Assembly (NCBI GenBank): GCA_963825135.1
Contig: CAWGRW010000009.1
Location: 1,472,001 to 1,536,000, forward strand
Length of the DNA: 64,000 nt
Reading direction: 5' to 3'
From: an uncultured bacterium
GTDB lineage: Bacteria; Desulfobacterota_D; UBA1144; Nemesobacterales; UBA2774
Shown piece by piece: positions 18,950 through 28,507 of the stretch. Every line of letters starts with the position of its first letter. The stretch's first letter is position 1. A program made the translations under genes and the position numbers. The notes under the pieces were generated by a model. The model was not told the origin of the DNA, did no database searches, and was given only the letters and a program-made list of their open reading frames with translations.

Positions 18950-21900
18950 ATGACCCTCCTCAGGAACGGGTTAGCTAGAGTTCTTTTAATAATATCTCTC
19001 GTTGTTTGCACTGTCCTCATTTTTCTCAACATATTCCTGGGCGGAAAAATAAGCCGGCTGGCGCCGGAATACCTCGACCGATTCTCAAGGCAGAGCGGTT
19101 TTACTCTCCGGGTTAATAAGGCGGGCCTCGATCCCCTTTTCAGGATCAGACTCGACGGGTTAAACGCCGCCGATCCGGCCGCCCCCGATAAACCGCTGGC
19201 CGAGATCGAAACCCTGACTATCGATCCGCGCATATTTTCCTCCCTCCTTTCCCGGAGCGTGAAAATCGGGGAAATAATAATAGACCGTCCCGTAGTAAGG
19301 TATGACGGCAAGAGCGCCGGCAGGATCATCGCCATGATAAGAGAGGGGGAGGGCGGCGGTAAAGGGTCACAGGTGGAGATCGGGAGAATAAGATTGAATG
19401 ACGCCCGCGTCGAAGTCGGCCCCGGCTCCGCCTTTACTTCCGGGGCAATGGATATTCGAATCGCCGGGGAAAGGTCACGGAACGGATCGAGTATCGGGAT
19501 CGTCGGCGACGTTACAGTCTTCGGAAAGGGGATGAGCGTCGAGGGCTCCTTAGATTTAAAGCCAGGCGAAACGAGCGGGAAATTCAATATCGAGACGGAT
19601 AAATTTCAGATCGGCTCACTTCCGGGACCCTCTGAGGGGGCGGGGAATTTGAAAGGGGTACTCGAGCTCTCGTTCAGTGCGGCTGAAAACGTCCGGTCGC
19701 GGGGTGAATTGACTGTTCGCTCGGACGATGAGGGGAGCGGGACCGGGCGCGCCGCGCTCGGGACGCTCAAGTACGGGCTTACGTATGACAAGGCGGAGGC
19801 CGCGGCTCATGTGAGCGCTTTGAATTTCGACATGATGAACGTCTTGCATGGAAGTCTGAGCGGTGATGTAAAGAGTGTTACGGAAAACCCCGAATTCGAT
19901 TTACACGGCTCCGCCCAGTCGAGCGATCTGAAGCTGCTGTCGAAGCTGGTTCCCGAGATAAAGGCTGATACAATCACCGGAAATTTACGGTCGGACAATT
20001 TAAGGGTGAGCGGTTCTATCGGGAAAAACAGCGTCGAGCTTACGGGAGGAGTTGCGCTCGACGGTATCGGCTTCGCCTACTCGGACGATAGTCTCAGTAT
20101 TGCGGGATTAAACTGCGCTCTCGACGTTAAACAGGATATCGGCGGTGGATACGGTCTATCGTTCATATCACGGGGGCCGTGCTCCGTAGAAAAATTATCT
20201 CAGAAGGATCTGGGCGAGGTAAACGGCATTTCGGCGGGAGTAGAGATTAAAGGGAGCGACCTCTGGAAGAGTAAGGAGCTCTTGTTCTCGGATCTGAACG
20301 GCATCTATATGGACGGAGTTGTATCCGGCTCGTTCGGCCTGTCCGTAATTAACGGACGAAGCAAAATCGATGGGAGCCTCACGGGAGCGAACCTGAATCT
20401 GAAGAAGGTGCCCAAATCTTTAGTTCCTTTCGACCTGGAGGGCAGCGCCCGGTCCCTGTCCGCCGATATAGAAGGGAATCAGGGAGCCTACGAGGCGGGG
20501 GTCAGCTTCGCCGTAAGTGATTTGATAGTCAGGTCTAATACAGGAAGGGAGTTTAAGGTGTCGAAAGCCGGGTCTTCGGGTCCGCTCGATCTCGAGTACG
20601 TGGAGAAGGCGGCCGACGAGGGTAAAGAGGCCGAAAGGAAAATCAAAATAAACGGCAAAGGGCTCTCGTACGAGAGCCTCTCGTTCGGCGAATATTTTAT
20701 CGAAGGGGGCAAGGTCGACGACCTCTCTTTCTCTCTCGATCCCGGCGGCGGCTGGGCCCTCAGTATGGCGTCACAGGGGAAGGGTTTTCAGGTGTCCGGC
20801 AGGGAAATAGGCCTCGAGCAGTTTAAAGAACATATAGAGATAGAAGACAGCGGAAGGAGAGGGTTCAGCGGCACGATCACCGGCACCGGAGGCAGATTCA
20901 AGAGTGTGACGTTTCCGGAGCTGTCGGCCGAATACGTTTTCGGGGGGGACTTTCTCGATATACGGAAGCTGAGCACTAAAGTGAGCACGATAGGGGAGCT
21001 CAGGACAGATGATTTGAGAGTCGAGTTCGGCGCCGGGAAGGGGGGCTACCCCTATACTATTAAACTCAATGACGGGGTATTCTCCGGATATGAGGATAAA
21101 TTGAGGTCCGAAGGCATATCCGGAACCTTTGTCGTCAACGATCCGGAAACGAGTAAAACCGAATGGGAGGGAGCCGCGTCGGCGTTGAAAACCGATATAT
21201 TCTCACAGGTCGTCGAGGGTCTTCATTTGACGGCTTCGCCTTCCCCCGACGGTATTCTTTTAAAAGACATCACCGGCAAGCTCCTGAACGGGGAGGTTAA
21301 AGGGAGGGCCGATATCGTTACCTCCGGTACCCCCGCCCGCATAATAACCGACATCGGTCTGAAAAATGCGTCCGTAAAGTCGGGCGATCTCGATATTGCG
21401 CTCGGTAGCGCGGATTTTGCTTTCTCGGGAACCGTTCCCGACGATTCCCTCCCGGAGGGTACGGGCAAACTGGAGTTCGATCGGCTGAATTTAAAGAAGC
21501 CGGTAATGGACCTTGTTGACAGCGGTTCGGTAAACATTCGGACTTCGGGTGAAACATTATTCATCGAAGACGGGTTTATAAGAGATAAGGACAAGAGCGA
21601 GTTGAGATTCCTGGGAGAAATGGGAAATTCCCTTAGCGCGGACAGGAGGCTTGAGGTCGTTTTCCCCGACTTCGCCCTTGCAAGCGCAGTTAAATTCCTG
21701 TCGCCCCTGATGCCGGTGACGATCAAGGAGGGACAGGTCTCGGGTACCGCGAGTTTTAATGTCGTGTTCAACAGGGTATTCGATGCGGGGAGCTCCTGGA
21801 GCGGCGGCCTCTCGTTCAAAGGCGCATCGTTTGCCGCTTATATAGGGGGAGCCGATCTTTCCTTGAGGGGAATAAACGGGTCCATAACAGTAAAAGACGA

Positions 21901-22651
21901 AGGGGAGGGCGGAAACGCCCTGGCGTCACTCGTCGGCAATGCGCTCACTCTCGATAAAGAGGTCTATAAGGAGTACCTGCGCTCGTTCAAGGAGCCGGCC
22001 CCGGATACTGGGGCCGATCATATTAAAATCGACGGGATTGAATACGGGATATTGAAATTCGAGAACGTCGAATGCTCGCTCGAAGCCGACAGGGGCAAGA
22101 TCGGGATAATAAAGCTCGCCGCCGGTTTCTTCGGCGGGAATCTCTACGCAAACGGGGTCCTTAACCTGGGCGGAGCCGAGAGTGTTTATAATTTCTCATT
22201 CCTCTTTAACGATATCAGCCTCGACGCTATTTCGAAGCGGCTGTCGCCGTCCGAGGAATATATAACGGGGAGGTTAAACGGTCTCGTCTGGCTCACGGGG
22301 GAGGGAGGGGACCTGAACACCATAGACGGCCCCTTCGAGTTCTGGTCAATCAGCTCCGCGAAAGAACCCAGGTCCATCGGCAAGGCTCTTCTCGATAAGC
22401 TCGGAGCGAAAGAGAGACTCATCCTGGGCTCCTCGCGCAGCTATGATAACGGTGAGATTTCAGGTTATATTAATGACGGCGTAATAACGTTCAAAAAGTT
22501 TAATATTTCTAATTCGATTCTTGGAATTAGGAACCTGTCGATTCAGGCGGACCCGGTGAAGAATTCGATCTCCATCGCGCACCTTGCGTCCGTGATAAGG
22601 GAAATCGCGAGAAGGTCGCAGTCGGGCGGTCCGACGATAGAAACTCAATAA
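18950..22651 (+). CDS. Large AsmA-clan (YdbH-like) intermembrane lipid-bridge protein
   Basis: 1233 aa, single N-terminal TM, AsmA_N-like start (SLLSRSVKIGEIIIDRPVV), continuous Gly-rich beta strands; followed by a YnbE/YdbL-like gene. Confidence 0.75.
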   Translation: MTLLRNGLARVLLIISLVVCTVLIFLNIFLGGKISRLAPEYLDRFSRQSGFTLRVNKAGLDPLFRIRLDGLNAADPAAPDKPLAEIETLTIDPRIFSSLLSRSVKIGEIIIDRPVVRYDGKSAGRIIAMIREGEGGGKGSQVEIGRIRLNDARVEVGPGSAFTSGAMDIRIAGERSRNGSSIGIVGDVTVFGKGMSVEGSLDLKPGETSGKFNIETDKFQIGSLPGPSEGAGNLKGVLELSFSAAENVRSRGELTVRSDDEGSGTGRAALGTLKYGLTYDKAEAAAHVSALNFDMMNVLHGSLSGDVKSVTENPEFDLHGSAQSSDLKLLSKLVPEIKADTITGNLRSDNLRVSGSIGKNSVELTGGVALDGIGFAYSDDSLSIAGLNCALDVKQDIGGGYGLSFISRGPCSVEKLSQKDLGEVNGISAGVEIKGSDLWKSKELLFSDLNGIYMDGVVSGSFGLSVINGRSKIDGSLTGANLNLKKVPKSLVPFDLEGSARSLSADIEGNQGAYEAGVSFAVSDLIVRSNTGREFKVSKAGSSGPLDLEYVEKAADEGKEAERKIKINGKGLSYESLSFGEYFIEGGKVDDLSFSLDPGGGWALSMASQGKGFQVSGREIGLEQFKEHIEIEDSGRRGFSGTITGTGGRFKSVTFPELSAEYVFGGDFLDIRKLSTKVSTIGELRTDDLRVEFGAGKGGYPYTIKLNDGVFSGYEDKLRSEGISGTFVVNDPETSKTEWEGAASALKTDIFSQVVEGLHLTASPSPDGILLKDITGKLLNGEVKGRADIVTSGTPARIITDIGLKNASVKSGDLDIALGSADFAFSGTVPDDSLPEGTGKLEFDRLNLKKPVMDLVDSGSVNIRTSGETLFIEDGFIRDKDKSELRFLGEMGNSLSADRRLEVVFPDFALASAVKFLSPLMPVTIKEGQVSGTASFNVVFNRVFDAGSSWSGGLSFKGASFAAYIGGADLSLRGINGSITVKDEGEGGNALASLVGNALTLDKEVYKEYLRSFKEPAPDTGADHIKIDGIEYGILKFENVECSLEADRGKIGIIKLAAGFFGGNLYANGVLNLGGAESVYNFSFLFNDISLDAISKRLSPSEEYITGRLNGLVWLTGEGGDLNTIDGPFEFWSISSAKEPRSIGKALLDKLGAKERLILGSSRSYDNGEISGYINDGVITFKKFNISNSILGIRNLSIQADPVKNSISIAHLASVIREIARRSQSGGPTIETQ

Positions 22652-22664
22652 ACGAGGTGAAATA

Positions 22665-23342
22665 ATGGATAGGCGTATATCGAGGGTCCTGCAGTCTTCT
22701 CTTTTCATTCTAACGCTCTATTCCTTGTCCTGCGCGACTATTACCGTCAACGTGTATTTTCCGGCGGAAGAGGTCAGGGAGGCTTATTCGAACCTGGAGG
22801 ACGAGTTCCTCGATCAGGGCTCAAAGGGTAACGCCGGTTCCGAGAAAAAACAGCCGGTCGAAAACAAACCCGCGCCCTCGCCCTCACCGTCCCCTCAGAG
22901 TATGAGAAAGTATCAGGACAAGCCGGCTCTCTCGTCGGAGAGGAAATATCTCGTAATCAAAAAAGAGATATCACTCGATTTCAGCGACTATGCCTGGGCT
23001 CAGGGCAATATAGCCCAACAAATCACCCAGAAGATACGCAGCATGCCGGATGTTATCCAGGCTTATAAGCGGAGGTCCCAGCGCCTGGGCGAAATAAATC
23101 AGATGCTCTCTCAGGGTCTCGTCGTGGAAGGCAACCAGGGGCTGCTCATTCAGAAAGGCAGTCTAGCCCCGGGGCAGACACAGGCCCTCAACGCGGAGAA
23201 CGCCGACCGTCAGGTGATTATCAGGGGGATGGCGAAGGCGATAGTGGAGATTAATAACATAGACCCCACGCCTGAAAATATAGATAAGGTGCTCCCTGAG
23301 GCAGCAAGGCAGTTCGCGAGCGTGAGGCAGAGCGAGAGGTAG
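22665..23342 (+). CDS. Lipoprotein with YnbE-like N-terminus and YdbL/DUF1318 domain
   Basis: Lipobox LSC followed by ATITVNVYFPAEEV; C-terminal GLVVEGNQGLL...AENADRQVII typical of DUF1318. Confidence 0.75.
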   Translation: MDRRISRVLQSSLFILTLYSLSCATITVNVYFPAEEVREAYSNLEDEFLDQGSKGNAGSEKKQPVENKPAPSPSPSPQSMRKYQDKPALSSERKYLVIKKEISLDFSDYAWAQGNIAQQITQKIRSMPDVIQAYKRRSQRLGEINQMLSQGLVVEGNQGLLIQKGSLAPGQTQALNAENADRQVIIRGMAKAIVEINNIDPTPENIDKVLPEAARQFASVRQSER

Positions 23343-23572
23343 GGGGCTGCGGCGCTTCATGCCGATAGCCTGAGATTGAGTTCCGGCTTACGGAGGGGGC
23401 TTCCCGCATCGGCCTTCCCGTGAGGGATTGCCCCCAAGGGGATGGGCTTGGAGTCCCTGCCGGACCGCCCGTCGTCGAATATTTCACATCTTGAAGTTGT
23501 TCCGTATTTGTTGTCTAATAAGAAGCGTAAGGTTGCCCATTCCGTATAGAATCATCACCTGGAGGATGAGAT

Positions 23573-24826
23573 ATGCGCCCGAGAATAGTTCTCCTGGCCG
23601 TCATAGCAGTGTTAACCGCCTTTGCTCCTCTTACGTCGGACGCAAAGAAGTTGTTTGTCGCCAATATAAAAGTCGATGACGAGGTGGAATTCGAGGGCAC
23701 GGACAGTCTTTTCAAGGTCGTCGATTTTTTTGACAACAAATCGCTCAAGGAATTCTTCCCGGATTACACGTCGAATTCCGCCGTATTGGCGAGGGTCGAT
23801 CTGAGGGGGATCGATCTCGAAGTAGAGTATCATCAGAATTCGTCGGTCCTTATCGTCAGGATACCTTCAAAAAATTTCGAAGTCAGATTCGAGGGGGCAA
23901 ACCGCAACCAGAGCCAGGAGCAGTTCGAGGACTGGCTCAAAGGCGATTTCGAATCCCTTACGGCTCCGAGCGGGAAGCTTACGACGCTCCTCCACATAGT
24001 TGTGGCGAACTCCCCTGTCGAGCCCGTCGCGGGGAACCCGAACAGTCTTCTGACCAGGATGTTCCTGTCCGATTTCAACGCGGGCATAACAGGGCCCTTT
24101 ATCAGCTCCGGAAAACGCGTGGAGGGGAATCAGAACTTCCTCACGCTCGGCGGAGAGTTCGGATTCTTCAACGCGGGCCCTTACGACGGCCAGGTGCTGA
24201 ATTTCCCGATAAATTACAAGTGGAATTTCAAAGGGTGGCCGAAGCTCTCGTGGATATTCGACCTCCCCGTAACGCTTACGAGGGACGAGACGGGGTGGGC
24301 TTACATGGCTTCCTTCGGCACGGGCTTCCAGTTCAGGCCTTACAAATGGTGGAGCATCACCCCGATGGGTCGTATAGGCGGGGTCGGTTCTTTCGACGTG
24401 GGGGCGCTGGCGGTTCTGGTTTCGGGGAGTCTTACGAATTATTTCCAGGGCAGTATCGGCTCCACGAACCTCGGCTTCGGGACGATGACGGGCATATCGA
24501 CTACGATAGACGGGATCAAGGTGGGGGGTTACGACCTCAGCTACGAGCTTACGAATTACGTGCTCCGTAACGGCGGCAACCTGACTCAGAAGCTCAATTT
24601 TAATTTCCTCGGGAACCCCGCGGCGTTCAAGCTCTTCCTTAACCACACGAAATTCTGGGGCAACGAGCTCTACCTGAATTCCTTTTTCGATATGGGGCTC
24701 GCATTCGTAACGATAAAGAAGGTCGCGGATTCCTTCGTGGAGGCGCTCGACCTTTCGTTCACGTTCTCCGCGGGCGTCGATAACGACTACAACAATTACA
24801 GCATTCAATTGACTTACCGTTTCTGA
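23573..24826 (+). CDS. Uncharacterised outer-membrane beta-barrel protein with N-terminal soluble domain
   Basis: Signal peptide ending SDA; amphipathic aromatic-rich strands in the C-terminal ~230 aa; terminal IQLTYRF BAM-type signal. Confidence 0.75.
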   Translation: MRPRIVLLAVIAVLTAFAPLTSDAKKLFVANIKVDDEVEFEGTDSLFKVVDFFDNKSLKEFFPDYTSNSAVLARVDLRGIDLEVEYHQNSSVLIVRIPSKNFEVRFEGANRNQSQEQFEDWLKGDFESLTAPSGKLTTLLHIVVANSPVEPVAGNPNSLLTRMFLSDFNAGITGPFISSGKRVEGNQNFLTLGGEFGFFNAGPYDGQVLNFPINYKWNFKGWPKLSWIFDLPVTLTRDETGWAYMASFGTGFQFRPYKWWSITPMGRIGGVGSFDVGALAVLVSGSLTNYFQGSIGSTNLGFGTMTGISTTIDGIKVGGYDLSYELTNYVLRNGGNLTQKLNFNFLGNPAAFKLFLNHTKFWGNELYLNSFFDMGLAFVTIKKVADSFVEALDLSFTFSAGVDNDYNNYSIQLTYRF

Positions 24827-24847
24827 CCCGCACGCACACGTAGTGCG

Positions 24848-24877
24848 GCACACAATGTGTGCACACACAATGTGTGT
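24848..24877. repeat. Tandem pair of 15-bp palindromes
   Basis: GCACACAATGTGTGC directly followed by ACACACAATGTGTGT. Confidence 0.85.
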
Positions 24878-24990
24878 TTTATGATTCCATCCAACTCTTC
24901 TGCTTCCGCCGCTTCCCCTATCGGTTCTCTCCAAAATCCTCTATTATTTGGTTATGATATATCCCGATCATACCGTCGGAGGTCGTTAGA

Positions 24991-25674
24991 ATGTCTGGGA
25001 CCGTCAGACCGGGCTTCCTAGCCCTGATATTCAGCTCGACTCAATACAAGATGTTCAATTTCATGGTCTCGATTCTGCTCCTGCTGATCCTCTCGGCGGT
25101 GCTCGAAGGCACCGAATACGGATATATCGTAATTAATACGATGAGCAGTATCGTTTTCTTTCTCGGGGTCTATGCCGTGGGCAGGAGCAGGCGCGCTCTC
25201 GTCACCTTGATTTTACTGGGGCTGCCGTGGTTTTTCTCCGAGTGGGCCTTCACGAAATCGAGCAGGACCATATTCACGAGTATGCTCTTTTTCATTTTCG
25301 TGACCGCCACTATATTCGAGCATATCTTGAAAGCGGAGGAGGTGACGACCGATACGTTGTACGGCGCCGTCTGTGTTTATCTCCTCCTCGGGATAATGTG
25401 GGCCTCTATTTACGGTTTCCTCGAATATATTACGCCCGGGGCGGTCTTCAGGGGGTCTGACGTGGGTGCCAATACGAAGCTCAGCACGAACGAGCTCATA
25501 TATTACAGCTATTCCACGCTCGCGACCATAGGCTACGGGGATATCACATCCGTGACGCCGGTCGGGAGGATTTTATCGGTGCTCGAGGCCGTATTCGGCC
25601 AGCTCTATATCGCGTTCCTCGTCGCGAGACTGATAAGCATATATACAATGGACGCGCTCAGGAGAAAAGACTGA
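24991..25674 (+). CDS. Potassium channel family protein (Ion_trans_2)
   Basis: Several TM helices and selectivity filter YYSYSTLATIGYGDI. Confidence 0.88.
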   Translation: MSGTVRPGFLALIFSSTQYKMFNFMVSILLLLILSAVLEGTEYGYIVINTMSSIVFFLGVYAVGRSRRALVTLILLGLPWFFSEWAFTKSSRTIFTSMLFFIFVTATIFEHILKAEEVTTDTLYGAVCVYLLLGIMWASIYGFLEYITPGAVFRGSDVGANTKLSTNELIYYSYSTLATIGYGDITSVTPVGRILSVLEAVFGQLYIAFLVARLISIYTMDALRRKD

Positions 25675-25680
25675 TAGGTC

Positions 25681-26283
25681 TTAGTTCGGAATAGTCAGGT
25701 TGCTTATAAATTTAACGCCTATGACAACGGCGCCCATCCTGATCCACCACCCCAGAAACACTATCGGGATGAAGAGCGCCGCCGGGTAACGCATCATCCC
25801 GCATGCGGCGTACATCGGGTGGACAGGTATCGGCGACATGGCGCCCCCGAATAACAGCAGGCTCACGATCTTGAGCGAACGGCCCTTCGTCCACCTGTGG
25901 TTTTGAACCTCCGGAAATTTTCTCCTCACGAACGGCGTATCCCCGAAGTACCTGCCGAGAAAGTACGATACTGACGAGCCCGTAACAGCCCCGAGCGCTA
26001 TTAATGTTATCAACCTCCCGGGCTCGTACCCCAAAATTGTCCCCAGCACCGCGTAGGCCGTAACGGGAAACGTGATGGGGGAGCTGCTGACGGCGGTAAT
26101 CAAGTACAGCATGATGTCCGTGTTTCTTTGACCGTAGCTCGTGAGGAGACCCTCGCCAAAATCGAGCAGCCTTTCGCCGTAGAATAGCGAGACCGCGGAG
26201 CTTGCCAGCACCATTCCGAATGTGACCAGCAGGGCCAGCTTTATCGAGTTAGGGACCGCCCGGAGCCTGACAGGGATCATCAC
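25681..26283 (-). CDS. DedA/VTT (SNARE-associated) family membrane protein
   Basis: GAVTGSSVSYFLGRYFG, SPIPVHPMYAACG, GWWIR pattern. Confidence 0.75.
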   Translation of the reverse strand: MMIPVRLRAVPNSIKLALLVTFGMVLASSAVSLFYGERLLDFGEGLLTSYGQRNTDIMLYLITAVSSSPITFPVTAYAVLGTILGYEPGRLITLIALGAVTGSSVSYFLGRYFGDTPFVRRKFPEVQNHRWTKGRSLKIVSLLLFGGAMSPIPVHPMYAACGMMRYPAALFIPIVFLGWWIRMGAVVIGVKFISNLTIPN

Positions 26284-26430
26284 GTGTAATAAGAAAACAT
26301 GGCCGTCTTTAATTTCGGTTAAGCGGCCGTGAATCTATGATGAAGCTCAAAATGCGTATAGCGGGTATTTTTTGACAATTTTCATCACAGGGAATTGATA
26401 AGGCCGTTAAATCAGGGTTCAATATTTCGG

Positions 26431-27450
26431 ATGAGCGAGCGTAAGATAGTAATAATCCCGGGGGACGGCATCGGTCCCGAGATCACGGCTGCTGTGATGA
26501 AGGTTATCGAGGCCTCCGGCGCGGAAATCACGTGGATCGAGCGCGTAGCCGGCCTCGCCGCCCTCGAGAAGGGCATGGACGTGCTTCCGGACGAGACTCT
26601 GGAGGCTATAAAGGAACACAAGGTCGCATTGAAGGGTCCCTGCACTACCCCGATCGGCGAAGGTTTTACATCCGTAAACGTAAAGCTCAGAAAGACACTC
26701 GACCTTTACGCCGCCGTGAGGCCCGTCAGGAACCTCCCGGGTGTTATAACGCGGTTCAGGAATGTGGATATAGTTATCATACGCGAGAATACCGAGGGAC
26801 TTTACAGCGGGGTTGAGAACATCATTACGCCGGGAGTCGTGATGAGCATGAAAGTCGCGACTGAGAAGGCCTGCACCCGTATTTCGCACTGGGCTTTCGA
26901 ATACGCGCTTCACCGTCACAGGAAAAAGATCACGGTCTTACACAAAGCCAACATCATGAAATTGACGGACGGGCTCTTTATCAGGAAATCGAAGGAAGCG
27001 AGCAGGGAATACAGTGACATCCAATACGAGGAGATGATAATCGACGCGGGGTGCATGAAGCTCGTACAGGACCCGGCCCTTTTCGATATGCTGCTTCTCG
27101 AAAACCTCTACGGGGACTTGATCAGCGACCTGTGCGCGGGACTGGTCGGCGGGTTAGGGGTAGTGCCCGGAGCTAACATAGGCGACAGGGAAGCCGTCTT
27201 CGAGGCCGTCCACGGCTCGGCTCCCGATATAGCCGGAAAAGGCGTCGCGAACCCGCTCGCGCTCCTCATGTCGGGGGTGATGATGCTCAACCACCTTGCG
27301 GATACGGAGGGGCGGGAGGACCTCCGCGCCTCAGCCGTGAAGATAAAAAACGCTTATGACAGCGCCCTCCAGGAGGGCGACCGGACACGCGACCTCGGCG
27401 GAAAGCTCGGCACCATGGAATTCGCCGACGCGCTGATCAGGAGAATGTAA
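26431..27450 (+). CDS. icd: Isocitrate/isopropylmalate dehydrogenase family (NAD-IDH-like)
   Basis: IPGDGIGPEI, ALKGPCTTP...SVNVKLRK, RENTEG, HKANIMK, NLYGDLISD, FEAVHGSAPDIAG. Confidence 0.88.
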   Translation: MSERKIVIIPGDGIGPEITAAVMKVIEASGAEITWIERVAGLAALEKGMDVLPDETLEAIKEHKVALKGPCTTPIGEGFTSVNVKLRKTLDLYAAVRPVRNLPGVITRFRNVDIVIIRENTEGLYSGVENIITPGVVMSMKVATEKACTRISHWAFEYALHRHRKKITVLHKANIMKLTDGLFIRKSKEASREYSDIQYEEMIIDAGCMKLVQDPALFDMLLLENLYGDLISDLCAGLVGGLGVVPGANIGDREAVFEAVHGSAPDIAGKGVANPLALLMSGVMMLNHLADTEGREDLRASAVKIKNAYDSALQEGDRTRDLGGKLGTMEFADALIRRM

Positions 27451-27493
27451 TGCGGGTTAGAATGGTCCGCCTGAGATCTAATCCGGAATTTGC

Positions 27494-28456
27494 TTAAGAG
27501 GCCGGTTTAATGTTTTCCTTGACTACCCTCAGAAAATTACCGCCCATGATTTTTCTCACTCTGCTCTCGGAGTATCCTTTCTTCTGGAAATAATCAGCTA
27601 TCTTCGGCAGGTCCGCGATCCTTCTCAGGTCTTCGGGGAAGTCCTCGATCCTGGCCCCGTCCATGTCGCTCCCAATGCCCACGTGGTCCTCGCCGCAAAG
27701 ATTGACTATATAGTCCGCATGCCTGAACACGTCTTCCACCGTGGGCGTGCTATCCCCCGTCCTGAGGAACTGGTTATAGAGCACGATCCCGATGACTCCC
27801 CCTCTTTCCGAGATAGCGAGGAGCTGGTTGTCTTTCAGGTTCCTCGGGTGCTCGGTGAGCGACCTCGCGTTTGAGTGCGAGGCTATGGGTATGAGACTCG
27901 TGAGCCGTATCGCTTCCCAGAACCCCTTTTCGTTGATATGAGAGAGGTCGAGCGTGATATGGAGCTCGTTCATTCCCTTTATCAGCTCCCTCCCCTCGTC
28001 CGTGAGCCCTTCTTCGGTCTCGTTCCCCGAGGCGTATCGGTTCTTATCGTTCCATGTAAGCCCTATCAGCCTCACTCCCCGTTCGTAGAATTCACCGAGC
28101 TTGTCAGGGCCTTCAATCGGGTCAGCACCCTCCACGAGCGTAAGGAACCCGGTTCTCCCGTCGGAGCCTGTACTCATGAGGTCCTCACGCGTCTTTATCT
28201 GAAAGACTTCGTCTTTATGCTCTTTATAAATCCTGTCGTATGTGTCGAACTGACGGAGCGCCGATTCGAGCGTCTTTTCCGGCTTGTGTTTAGGGTGTAC
28301 GAATATTGTATTGAATACGAGACGGATGTTGGCTTCTTTCATCCAGGGGAGTGTGATCATGCAGGGTACGGAGGGGCTAACGAAGTCCCTGTCGTAGTAG
28401 TTTAAATGGAACGCGATGTCTTCGTGCGCGTCGAGTATGAATAAATCCTTAAGCAC
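27494..28456 (-). CDS. Membrane/renal dipeptidase family (peptidase M19)
   Basis: DAHED, LVEGAD, DLSH, ASHSNAR, HPRN, GIGSDMDG. Confidence 0.92.
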   Translation of the reverse strand: MLKDLFILDAHEDIAFHLNYYDRDFVSPSVPCMITLPWMKEANIRLVFNTIFVHPKHKPEKTLESALRQFDTYDRIYKEHKDEVFQIKTREDLMSTGSDGRTGFLTLVEGADPIEGPDKLGEFYERGVRLIGLTWNDKNRYASGNETEEGLTDEGRELIKGMNELHITLDLSHINEKGFWEAIRLTSLIPIASHSNARSLTEHPRNLKDNQLLAISERGGVIGIVLYNQFLRTGDSTPTVEDVFRHADYIVNLCGEDHVGIGSDMDGARIEDFPEDLRRIADLPKIADYFQKKGYSESRVRKIMGGNFLRVVKENIKPAS

Positions 28457-28507
28457 TATTTCCCGCCTGTTCCCGATAATTTCTATTCGAGCCCTTGTGT
28501 CTTCCGG

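Noticed and set aside
23343..23480. GC-rich intergenic stretch with a CCC-GTGA-GGG hairpin as an ncRNA
   Set aside because: Only short stems expected by chance at this GC content; no recognisable RNA family.
23867..24934. 355-aa minus-strand ORF (and similar long ORFs at 2351-3250, 8926-9672, 43049-43963, 55994-56794, 59956-60762)
   Set aside because: Antisense shadows of well-supported genes, with no motifs and composition typical of reverse frames.
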